NCBI GenBank assembly: GCA_016000085.1
Contig: JAECRT010000005.1
Span: forward strand, 47,493 to 111,492
Source: Sphingomonadaceae bacterium
Lineage (GTDB): Bacteria > Pseudomonadota > Alphaproteobacteria > Sphingomonadales > Sphingomonadaceae
Reading direction: 5' to 3'
Length of the DNA stretch: 64,000 nt
Below, in pieces: positions 40,396 through 48,764 of this stretch. Made by a program: the position numbers and the translations under genes. Position 1 is the stretch's first letter; each line of letters opens with the position of its first letter. Below the pieces are notes generated by a model that was not told where the DNA came from, did not search any database, and saw nothing but the letters and a program-made list of their open reading frames with translations.

Positions 40396-42320
40396 CAGGC
40401 CACCGGCACGATCGTCAGCGGCGTGCGACCAGCAAGCGCAACGGTCAAACGCGCCTTACCGTCCATGCCCGCCGTAAAGCGATCGTCCGTCTCGATAATG
40501 CGATAGCTGCGCCCCGGCACCAGCCGGTCCAGGCTGATCTGGCTCTGTATATCGCCCGCGCCGGGATGCAGCACCAGTTCCAGCGCCACTCCGTCCGTCA
40601 CTGCCCGGCCGACAATGACGTCGGGATAAGCGGCATCGGACAGGATCGGTCCCCTAGCCCAGGCGTCGGGCAGGCCGCGATTGACCATGTCGCGGATCGT
40701 GTTGCGCCCGCCCCAGGCCTGCGACGCGGCGACGCCTTCGCCCGAACGCTGGTCGATCGCCTTCATCGTCGCTTCGACGATCGGATCGTCACCCATTTCC
40801 AGCGCCGCCCAGAGCGTCACCATCAGCGGGTTGAGTTCGGGCCAGCGTGAAAAGTCCGCAGGCTTGCGCGTGTCCCAGCCCAGCGGCAGCAGGCGGAAAT
40901 CGAGCGACCCGTCCGGCTTCACGCTCATGAAATCCTGCTTCATCACTTCCCACAACCGTTCGGCGCCAGCAGGATCATAGGGAGTCATGAAGCGGACGCC
41001 CCATGTTTCGCCGAACAGGCCGGACAGGCTGGGCACCTGAAAGCCGAAGGGGGATGACGTGCAAACCTTGATGCGGCCATCGGCCATCATCATTTCTTCT
41101 TCCATCGTCCGGTCGAACCGGTCGCCGACCTGCGCGATATAATCGGTGCCGTGGCGGGTATCATGCAGCGACAGGGACGTGCGGCCAACGAGATTGCACA
41201 TCGAATAGATCCAGCGCGGTTCGCACGGGAACCAGCCCAGATCATAGCGTTTGAAATTCTTGACCACCTCGTCCAGCATCGTCGCGTGGCTGTAGGGGAA
41301 AGCGGTCTTTTCATCCCAACGGAAGGTCAGTGAACCGGGCGCGGCGAAGGGCGATGTTCCGCTGGCGGTTTCGAACAAGCCCAGCGAGACGCCCAAAAAG
41401 CCCGACAGCATGATATTGTCGGTCGTCACCGGGTTCTTTTCGACCCGGAAATTGCCCCACAGGCTTTCCCAATACCAGTAGTTCCAGGTTTTGCGGTCGA
41501 TATGCTTGCGGATCAGGTTTTCCTGCGCCGTGTTGAGATAGCCATGGAAGGCGGGCGTGCGGGTATATTGGCCCAGCGCCAGATTCCAGGACATGGTGCA
41601 GATCTGGTAGCGCAGCGCGCCGTCCTGCCATGTGTCTTCGGTGGAAAAGCCGTTCCAGCTGTCGACCGGCTGCAAGGCGAGATCCAGCATGCGGCGGAAC
41701 TCGGCCACCTGCGATGGCGGCATTTCCGGCGCGGCTTCGATCGGCCCATCGCGCATCACCGGTTGGGTCTTGGCGAGGATGGCGTTGAGTTCCGCGCCGC
41801 GCGCCTTGGCCGCGACAAATGCCTTCCTGCGACCGAGCGCCAGCCAGCCGTGCAGCGCCAGGACCACGCCGGGGATCGCCCATTCCATCCAGCTGACGCC
41901 CGTGCGCCCCTCGATCCATGCAGCGGACAGCAGCGCCGTGCCGACCATGACCGCCGGTGGCCCCAGGATCACACCGCGCGCCCACCAGATGAACATGATA
42001 ACCGCGAAGGCGATCACCGACACCACCGCGCCGATGATGCCGACTGCATTGCCCGCATAAAGGAAGCCCGCGCCGGGGAAGATGAGGCCCAGGCCAAACG
42101 CCTTCCACTGGGCGCTCATGCCCAGCAGCAGGGGCGCAATCCCGATCAGGAAGACCACCCCCAGCAGCGCGTAGAAGCGATATAACCGCCGGGCCGTCAA
42201 GCGGCCGTGCAATGTCGTGCGTTCCGGTATCAGGGGAATTTTGTCGACCAGCGGGCGCAACGTCGGCGCGGCATCGTCGCTGGGAAAATCCATTTCCAAT
42301 GGCAGTGTCCGCGCGGTCAT
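40395..42320 (-). CDS. Membrane-anchored linalool dehydratase/isomerase-family enzyme (Lis/LinD-like)
   Basis: N-terminal TM bundle followed by LRYQI, W.YW, NPV..DNIMLSG, FPCEPRWIYSMCN and HDTRHGTDY, paralleling LinD ENIMY.G, CEP....QCN and DRLHGTDY. Start ATG 42320 has an AGGAGAGG RBS. Confidence 0.8.
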   Translation of the reverse strand: MTARTLPLEMDFPSDDAAPTLRPLVDKIPLIPERTTLHGRLTARRLYRFYALLGVVFLIGIAPLLLGMSAQWKAFGLGLIFPGAGFLYAGNAVGIIGAVVSVIAFAVIMFIWWARGVILGPPAVMVGTALLSAAWIEGRTGVSWMEWAIPGVVLALHGWLALGRRKAFVAAKARGAELNAILAKTQPVMRDGPIEAAPEMPPSQVAEFRRMLDLALQPVDSWNGFSTEDTWQDGALRYQICTMSWNLALGQYTRTPAFHGYLNTAQENLIRKHIDRKTWNYWYWESLWGNFRVEKNPVTTDNIMLSGFLGVSLGLFETASGTSPFAAPGSLTFRWDEKTAFPYSHATMLDEVVKNFKRYDLGWFPCEPRWIYSMCNLVGRTSLSLHDTRHGTDYIAQVGDRFDRTMEEEMMMADGRIKVCTSSPFGFQVPSLSGLFGETWGVRFMTPYDPAGAERLWEVMKQDFMSVKPDGSLDFRLLPLGWDTRKPADFSRWPELNPLMVTLWAALEMGDDPIVEATMKAIDQRSGEGVAASQAWGGRNTIRDMVNRGLPDAWARGPILSDAAYPDVIVGRAVTDGVALELVLHPGAGDIQSQISLDRLVPGRSYRIIETDDRFTAGMDGKARLTVALAGRTPLTIVPVA

Positions 42321-42365
42321 CTTGCCTCTCCTCATGTCCCCGTTTCGATCGGGAGTCTCGATATT

Positions 42366-42394
42366 ATCGTAGGACGATTGCGTTCGACGTGCAA
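42366..42394 (-). promoter_or_regulatory. Sigma70 promoter TTGCAC-17-TACGAT overlapped by operator ATCGT-agg-ACGAT
   Basis: -35 at 42394-42389, -10 at 42371-42366, palindrome at 42366-42378. Confidence 0.7.
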
Positions 42395-42412
42395 CCTTCT
42401 AGCGCCCAAGGC

Positions 42413-42437
42413 GGGCGGCGCTTCGGAAGCGCCGCCC
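42413..42437 (-). terminator. GC-rich hairpin after the TonB receptor gene
   Basis: GGGCGGCGCTT/AAGCGCCGCCC stem; the U tail is weak. Confidence 0.5.
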
Positions 42438-42452
42438 CAGGGGAGGGTTGGG

Positions 42453-44807
42453 TTACATATGCCAGCTGACCTGGATGCCATAGGTGCGCGGCATGCCGGC
42501 AAAGCGCGAGATCGACGCCAGATTGTCCTGCACATTGGTCCAGTAATAGACGTTGCCGACATTGCGGACGTAGATGCCTGCCCGCACATTGCTGTTCGGG
42601 AATTCCAGCCCGGCGCGCAGGTCGATCAGCGTATAGGCCTTTACGTTAAAGCGCGGATCGGCATCCACAAAAGCGGTGGTGGTGTTCGCCAGCGCGGTCG
42701 TCGTCTTGCTGTTATGCGTCGCCGAAACGCCGATATAACCTTCCATCGATCCGCTGAGCGCCGCCTGATATTCGACATCGGCGACGGCGGTCAGCTTGGG
42801 CGCGTAAGGGAATTTCTGACCCGAAAAATTGCGCAGGTCGCCAAAGGCGTCGAAACCTTCAAATTCCTTGATCTTGGTATTGATGTAGGTGGCACCCAGA
42901 CTGACACGCAGGCCGTCGACCGGACGCCCCACGATCGATCCCTCGACGCCCCAGATGCGGCTCTTGGGAATTTGCACCAGCCCGTCGAGCGTGCCGAACG
43001 TCGGGTCCGGCTTACGACCGCGAAGCTGCTTGTCCTTATAGTCATAGTAGAAGCCGGCGATCGCATATTCGATCCTGCGGTCCATCAATGGTCCCTTGAT
43101 GCCCAGTTCATAGGCCGTGACCGATTCCTGCTTGACCGGCTGATAGCCCGTGTAGCTGGAAACCGATGCCGTCGGGAAACTGCCGGACTTGTAGCCGCGC
43201 GCGACGCGCGTGTAGAGCAACATCCCGCCGTCGGTCTTGTAATTGGCCCCGACGTTCCACGAGACATTGTGCTCGTTGAGCTTGTCGAACAGAGCAGGGT
43301 CGAAGATCTCCGGGAAATTCTGCGTGAAGGTGATGCAGCCGCCCGGCTGAACATTGGTACCGAACAGCGTGTTCCACCATATCGCCGTCTGGCCGCCAAA
43401 GTCGTTGGTGCAGCCTTCGAAGTCGCGCTTGCTGTCGGTATAGCGGATGCCGCCGATCAGCGTGATGTTCGGCGTGATCTTATATTCCGCATTGGCGAAA
43501 GCAGCGAGGTTCTTCACATCCTGGCGTGAATAGTTGAACGTCAGGACGCCGCGCGGCGCACCCGGAATCATCCACAGCGGGTTGGACGAAGGCCCTTCGC
43601 TGAAATTGTAGAAGAGCCGGTCGTAGGTCTTGGACTTGTTGTAATTGCCGCCGATGATGAAGTTCAGATTGTCTAGGGTGCCGGTGAGGCGGATTTCCTG
43701 CGCAAAATCCTTGATATAGCCCGTCGTGTTGGTGTCGACCGATGCATAGGTCGTTCCGTCGAAATCCTGCACCGAGTCCGTCTTGTAGTGCGAATAGGCC
43801 GAGATCGACGTCAAGGTCAGATTGTCATTGAGGTCCAGGTCGGCGCGCAGGCTGGCTTGCCAGAAACTGTCGTCACGGGCGGGACGGCGGCCGAACACGC
43901 CATAGCCCCAATCGGCCGCGCGTGGGTTCATCGGGCTACGCGGGTAATTTTTGAAGTTGGTGGCGTCCGGGCTGCCGCAGGTGCCCTCGGTCGATCCGGC
44001 GCAATTATCCGACACGATCTGCGCCGCCTGCGTGTCGCCCTTGTCGCGCCAGCCATTGACGTTGAGCAGGAACTTGAGGCGGTCGCTTGGCTGCCAGTCC
44101 AGCAATATGCGGCCCTGTAGCATGTCCTGCTTGCCCAGGTCGTCCGACCGAGTGAAGCTTTTTTGCCAGGTGCCCGACTGGATCGTGCGGACGGCGACGC
44201 GGGCCTTGAGCGTGTCGCTCATCGGCCCGCTGACATAGCCCTGAACATCATAGGTGGAAAAGCGACCGAAGCTGGCAGTGGCGCCCGCATCCAGTTCATT
44301 GGTCGGCTTGGCGACGATATAGTTGATCGCGCCGCCGGTCGTGTTCTGGCCGAACAGCGTGCCTTGTGGCCCCTTGAGAACCTCGACCCGCTCGATGTCG
44401 AACGCCGCGCCGCGCGATGGCGCGCTGAACGGGAGCGCGACTTCGTCGGTATAGACCGCGACGGTCGGCGCGGCCGACAGGGTCGTTTCATAGAAGCCGA
44501 TGCCACGGAGCGTATAGACCGGCGTGTTGAATGGCGACGGCTGCACCGTCAGGCCGGGCACGATCTTGCCCAGGTCGGTCGGCGACGTGATGCCGCGCTG
44601 GATCAGCGTGTCGCCCGTTTCCGCTGTGATCGACAGGCCAACGTCGGATAGCGACTGTTCGCGCTTGTTGGCGGTGACGATGATGTCGGCATAGCTGTTG
44701 TTGCCAGCGCCCGCCGTCTCCGCTTCTGCTCCGCCTGCCCATCCCGTCATGGCCACCAGCGAAACGCCGACGCACAACGATAGAGTGCTTGTCTTGTTCA
44801 TGCCCAT
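42453..44807 (-). CDS. TonB-dependent receptor
   Basis: Signal peptide, DIIVTANKREQ TonB box, FDIERVEVLKGPQGTLFG.NTTGGAIN plug motif, GYKSG, PRTYG. Start ATG 44807 has a GGAGAAGG RBS. Confidence 0.95.
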   Translation of the reverse strand: MGMNKTSTLSLCVGVSLVAMTGWAGGAEAETAGAGNNSYADIIVTANKREQSLSDVGLSITAETGDTLIQRGITSPTDLGKIVPGLTVQPSPFNTPVYTLRGIGFYETTLSAAPTVAVYTDEVALPFSAPSRGAAFDIERVEVLKGPQGTLFGQNTTGGAINYIVAKPTNELDAGATASFGRFSTYDVQGYVSGPMSDTLKARVAVRTIQSGTWQKSFTRSDDLGKQDMLQGRILLDWQPSDRLKFLLNVNGWRDKGDTQAAQIVSDNCAGSTEGTCGSPDATNFKNYPRSPMNPRAADWGYGVFGRRPARDDSFWQASLRADLDLNDNLTLTSISAYSHYKTDSVQDFDGTTYASVDTNTTGYIKDFAQEIRLTGTLDNLNFIIGGNYNKSKTYDRLFYNFSEGPSSNPLWMIPGAPRGVLTFNYSRQDVKNLAAFANAEYKITPNITLIGGIRYTDSKRDFEGCTNDFGGQTAIWWNTLFGTNVQPGGCITFTQNFPEIFDPALFDKLNEHNVSWNVGANYKTDGGMLLYTRVARGYKSGSFPTASVSSYTGYQPVKQESVTAYELGIKGPLMDRRIEYAIAGFYYDYKDKQLRGRKPDPTFGTLDGLVQIPKSRIWGVEGSIVGRPVDGLRVSLGATYINTKIKEFEGFDAFGDLRNFSGQKFPYAPKLTAVADVEYQAALSGSMEGYIGVSATHNSKTTTALANTTTAFVDADPRFNVKAYTLIDLRAGLEFPNSNVRAGIYVRNVGNVYYWTNVQDNLASISRFAGMPRTYGIQVSWHM

Positions 44808-45200
44808 CGTCCTTCTCCCAAATATCGCGCCCGCTTGTTCCGGGTCGCCTTCATGATCGGTGCGAAAAGGCCGCCATGATCGCGTCATGGCAGGCCGCAA
44901 ATAGCTGCATTTCAGGGGTGGCGGTCACGCCACAGCCGCCCACTGCGAGAATGACCCGCGCGCGATCCCGCGGACTCGCCCTGCCCTTGATGGCCAGCGC
45001 GCCCGCGGGCAACGCCGAGGCGCCTTGCGCCCGTGGCGGCAAGCAGCATCCGCGCCGAATAACCGGACAGACAGGTCAGCAAGCTTCTCATGCGCATGGG
45101 TCTTCCTCTCAAGATGGCACGCCTGTCTTATCGCAGGTCGCGTCCAGGTGCCCTGATTGCCCGGACGCCCTTGTTTCCACAGCTCAGCTTGTTCGTCAAT

Positions 45201-45213
45201 ATCGTTTGACGAT
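45201..45213. promoter_or_regulatory. Operator ATCGT-ttg-ACGAT between the TonB receptor and gntR
   Basis: Same palindrome. Its reverse complement AAATCGTcaaACGATATTGACG matches the context at 54925-54946. Confidence 0.65.
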
Positions 45214-45320
45214 TTTATCGGAGAAAAACGCCCAATCAGGAAGTTCGAGTCATTGCACCATCATATGGACGACACGCGCGCGCGGCGGTATTGCCTGACC
45301 TAAAGGATAATGGATCGACA

Positions 45321-46058
45321 ATGACCAAAGCCGCCGTAAAGCTGACCCCCGCCTCCGCAGCCCAGAAGCCGGGAGACAAGCCGCTTCCCGTCGCCGCGGA
45401 CAGCGAAAGCGCTACCGACAAGGTTGCCGAAGCGATCACCCAGGGCATCCGCACCGGCATATTCGTGCCCGGCCAGCACTTGCTGGAGCCGGACCTGACG
45501 CGCCGATTGGGCATCAGCCGCGGCTCGTTGCGTGAGTCGCTCAAGCATTTGGCGGCCGCCGGGATCGTCACCCTGAACCGCTATCGCGGGGCGTATATCG
45601 GCCTGCTCGACCGCACGGCATCGCTTCAGCTGCTCGATACGCTGGAGCCGTTGGCGCGGCTGGCGGCGCGCCTTGCCGCCGAAAATTGCACGACGCCTGC
45701 CGCCCGCGCGCAGATCGAACAGGCGATCGCCGATCTCGATCGCGCCGCGCGATCGGGCAACCGCGCCCATTATCTGGAATCGCGCCGACGCTTTTATGAC
45801 GCGATGATCGATCTGGGCGGCAACCGCGAACTGGCGCGCGTCATCCCCCTGTCGCGCACCGACCTGTTTCGCGCCCAGATCGAGACAGTGCAGTCCGATA
45901 CCCAGCGCAAGCGACACGCGTCGGGCTATGGCCCCATTGCGAAAGCGATCATCGCAGGCGACGCGAAAAAGGCCGACCTGGCGGTCAAGAAGCATTTCGA
46001 CGGCACGCGCAAGACCATGGCGGAACTGCCGGAAAACATATTCCCCAGCATGACCTGA
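45321..46058 (+). CDS. GntR (FCD) family transcriptional regulator
   Basis: IRTG.FVPGQHL.E..L..RLGISRGSLRE.L..L...GIV wHTH and a C-terminal FCD domain. Confidence 0.9.
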   Translation: MTKAAVKLTPASAAQKPGDKPLPVAADSESATDKVAEAITQGIRTGIFVPGQHLLEPDLTRRLGISRGSLRESLKHLAAAGIVTLNRYRGAYIGLLDRTASLQLLDTLEPLARLAARLAAENCTTPAARAQIEQAIADLDRAARSGNRAHYLESRRRFYDAMIDLGGNRELARVIPLSRTDLFRAQIETVQSDTQRKRHASGYGPIAKAIIAGDAKKADLAVKKHFDGTRKTMAELPENIFPSMT

Positions 46059-46103
46059 CCATGCATTTTCATCCAGCCAGGATCCGTCGGCACAAGATTT
46101 AGC

Positions 46104-46132
46104 TGGACGAAATCGTCAGACACTTTTAGCCT
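46104..46132 (+). promoter_or_regulatory. Putative promoter TGGACG-17-TAGCCT with a degenerate operator ATCGT-cag-ACACT in the spacer
   Basis: Upstream of the ethD operon. Confidence 0.5.
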
Positions 46133-46175
46133 TCCATCATGACCTCGACGAATCGAGGCATGTGAGGAGAGCTGC

Positions 46176-46490
46176 ATGCTGCGCGTATCGGCCGTCTATC
46201 CCAACAGTGACGGCAGCCATTTCGATGGCGAGGATTATGTGCAGCGGCACGCGCCCTTCGCGCACGGCCTGCTCGATCCTTTGGGCCTCAAGGGCTTGCG
46301 CGTCACGCTCGGCCACGCCGCGCTCGACGGCGCGCCCCCGCCCTATTGGGCCATCAGCGAACTGATCTTCGACAACCGCCCCGCCTTCGACGCGGCCATG
46401 ACCGCATGTGGCGAAGCGCTGTTCGCGGACGCCCCCAATTTCACCAACGTCGCGCCGGTGTTGCAGGTCAGCATCCTGGCCGAAAGCTAA
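46176..46490 (+). CDS. EthD family protein
   Basis: V.A.YP..DG..FD...Y...H.P, L.FD....F.AA, D.PNFTNV.P..Q.S; GAGGAG RBS. Confidence 0.85.
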   Translation: MLRVSAVYPNSDGSHFDGEDYVQRHAPFAHGLLDPLGLKGLRVTLGHAALDGAPPPYWAISELIFDNRPAFDAAMTACGEALFADAPNFTNVAPVLQVSILAES

Positions 46491-46515
46491 AAATCCCACT
46501 ATTCTGGAGAGACTG

Positions 46516-47700
46516 ATGCGGAACTTCGTGCGGCATGAAATGGACGATATCGGCCAGCTGATCGGGTTGGACGAAATGCTGAACCACCAGATCGTCGATA
46601 CTTTTTCCTCCACCGCCACGGCGGACCTGGGCTGGACCGAGAAGATCTGGACCGCATTGGTGCGCAAGGACGGCAGCCTGTCGATCGATTTCGGCCTCGG
46701 CCGCTATCATAATCGCGGCGTGATGGACGGATGGGCCGCGGTCGCACGCGGGGTCGAGCAATGGACGGTGCGCGCCAGCCGGGAACTGCGCGACGATCCC
46801 ACCGAAACCACCGTCGGCCCGCTGACCTACGAGATCATCGAACCGCTGCACAAGGTTCGCTATGCGCTGGCCAAGAGCGACGCGCAGCCGATCGCGTTCG
46901 ACATCACCTTCACGTCGGAAATGCCGCCCTTTTTCGAGGATCGGCACAAGCAGCGCGAACGGGATGGCTTCCGCATCGGGTCCGATGTGGTGCGTTATCA
47001 CCAGGTCGGCACACCGTCGGGCTGGGTCGAGATCGACGGCGAGCGGATCGAGGTGAAGCCCGAGGAGTGGACCGAATATCGCGACCATAGCTGGGGCCAG
47101 CGGCTGGACGTGGGCGCACACAATGCCGATGTCCGTCCGTCCTCCGATTTTGGCGACGTGAAATTCGGTGAAGGCGAATTCGTGCTGCTCTGGAGCCCGT
47201 TCATGCTGACCGCACCCAATGGCGAGAAGCACGCATATCATTTCTATTATATGGCGAAGCAGGGCCGGATTTTCTATTCGTCGGGCTATCGCAACCATCC
47301 CGATGGTCGGCAGGAAAAGGTCGCGCGGGTGCGGCCGGAACTGAAATTCGACGACAAGACCCGGCGACTGCTGGGTGGTCAGGTGCATTTCGACATGTTG
47401 CAGGGCGGCACGCACACGGTGGAAGTCGAAGTGGCGGGACCAACGGCGGTGCATCTGGGGCCAGGCCTCTATCTGGGTTTCGACGGCCGAAAGCATGGGG
47501 CGTGGAAAGGCAAGCTGGAGGTCGAGGGCGAGAAGTTCGACGACACGCTGGACCTGCCGACCCTACGTCGCATCCGCCAGTTGCGCGATTGCCCGATCCT
47601 GGTGCGCGAGGGAGACGCGACCGGCCATGGCATCATGGAAACCATCATCCATGGCGCCCATCCAGAACTCGGCCTGACCGCCGAAAACTCGCTGATCTGA
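46516..47700 (+). CDS. Conserved-type hypothetical protein (beta-rich, RDHSWG motif)
   Basis: 394-aa ORF with GGAGAG RBS and typical codon usage; WTEKIW, RYHQVG..SGW, YRDHSWGQR. Confidence 0.8.
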   Translation: MRNFVRHEMDDIGQLIGLDEMLNHQIVDTFSSTATADLGWTEKIWTALVRKDGSLSIDFGLGRYHNRGVMDGWAAVARGVEQWTVRASRELRDDPTETTVGPLTYEIIEPLHKVRYALAKSDAQPIAFDITFTSEMPPFFEDRHKQRERDGFRIGSDVVRYHQVGTPSGWVEIDGERIEVKPEEWTEYRDHSWGQRLDVGAHNADVRPSSDFGDVKFGEGEFVLLWSPFMLTAPNGEKHAYHFYYMAKQGRIFYSSGYRNHPDGRQEKVARVRPELKFDDKTRRLLGGQVHFDMLQGGTHTVEVEVAGPTAVHLGPGLYLGFDGRKHGAWKGKLEVEGEKFDDTLDLPTLRRIRQLRDCPILVREGDATGHGIMETIIHGAHPELGLTAENSLI

Positions 47701-47713
47701 AGGAGGCGACACC

Positions 47714-48697
47714 ATGGCGCGCGACACCGACCGTCTGGCGGAAGGGCTGCGCGCCTTTCTGCCGCGTGGCAGCGGCATTACCGGGGTCAAAACCCTGTCG
47801 GCCGGGCACAGCAACGAAACCTATCTGGTCGAAGGGCTGAACGAGATATTGCGCATGCCTCCGTCGGAGGAAGGGCTGTTGCCGCCTTATGACATGGCGC
47901 GGCAACATGCCGTCCTGTCGACGGTCAAGGCGCATGCGCCAGCCGTGCCGCTGCCCAGGATGCTGGAATTATGCACCGATCCGGCCGTCATCGGCGACGC
48001 GTTCTTCCTGATGGAATGCGTGCCGGGCGAAGCGTTCGAATATGTCACGCCCGACTGGGTCAAGGCCGATCCAGTCGGCGTACCCGACAGCATATGCCGC
48101 CAATGGTTCGACGCGTTGATAGGGCTGCACACCATGCCGGTCGCCGACATGCCGCCGGGCGGCCGCACGGTGCAGGCAGAGGCGCAACATTGGCTGGATG
48201 TGTCACGATCCGCAGAGGCGACCAGCGACCTGATCGGCGTACTGGAGGATCTGGTCGCGCGGCCGCCGCGCCCATCCGGCGCGCCGACGCCGGTGCATGG
48301 CGACCCCAAGCATGGCAACTGCCTGTGGCATGAAGGCCGCCTCACCGCGCTGCTGGACTGGGAAATGGCGCAGATTTCGGAACCTTTGCTCGACCTTGGC
48401 TATGTCCTCATGTTCCACGATCAGGGTGAAGCATCGCTAGCCGATGCCGGGTTCGAGCAACCTGGCTGGTGGTCGCCGGACAGGATGATTGCGGAGTGGG
48501 AAAAGGGCACGGGGCGCACGGCGGTGGACGTTGCGCGCTATACCGTGCTCGGCCAGGCCAAGGTCGCGGCGATCATTGCGCTTGGCGCCTATCTGTTCAC
48601 CAGCGGCAAGGTGCTGGACGCGCGTTTCGAAGCGTTCGGTGCGGTGCTGCCCGCCTATACCAAACTACTGGTGCAAAGGGCGATGGCGGCCGCTTGA
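47714..48697 (+). CDS. APH-like phosphotransferase family protein
   Basis: GHSNETY, ILRMPP, LLPPYD, VHGDPKHGN, LLDWEMA..EPLLDLG. Confidence 0.9.
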   Translation: MARDTDRLAEGLRAFLPRGSGITGVKTLSAGHSNETYLVEGLNEILRMPPSEEGLLPPYDMARQHAVLSTVKAHAPAVPLPRMLELCTDPAVIGDAFFLMECVPGEAFEYVTPDWVKADPVGVPDSICRQWFDALIGLHTMPVADMPPGGRTVQAEAQHWLDVSRSAEATSDLIGVLEDLVARPPRPSGAPTPVHGDPKHGNCLWHEGRLTALLDWEMAQISEPLLDLGYVLMFHDQGEASLADAGFEQPGWWSPDRMIAEWEKGTGRTAVDVARYTVLGQAKVAAIIALGAYLFTSGKVLDARFEAFGAVLPAYTKLLVQRAMAAA

Positions 48698-48704
48698 AAG
48701 CGCG

Positions 48705-48732
48705 GCCCGCCGCCAGTCAGGTGGCGGCGGGC
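48705..48732. terminator. Hairpin between convergent genes
   Basis: GCCCGCCGCCA/TGGCGGCGGGC stem. Confidence 0.55.
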
Positions 48733-48764
48733 GGCATGGCGGGCAAATGCGATCCGGCGCATAG

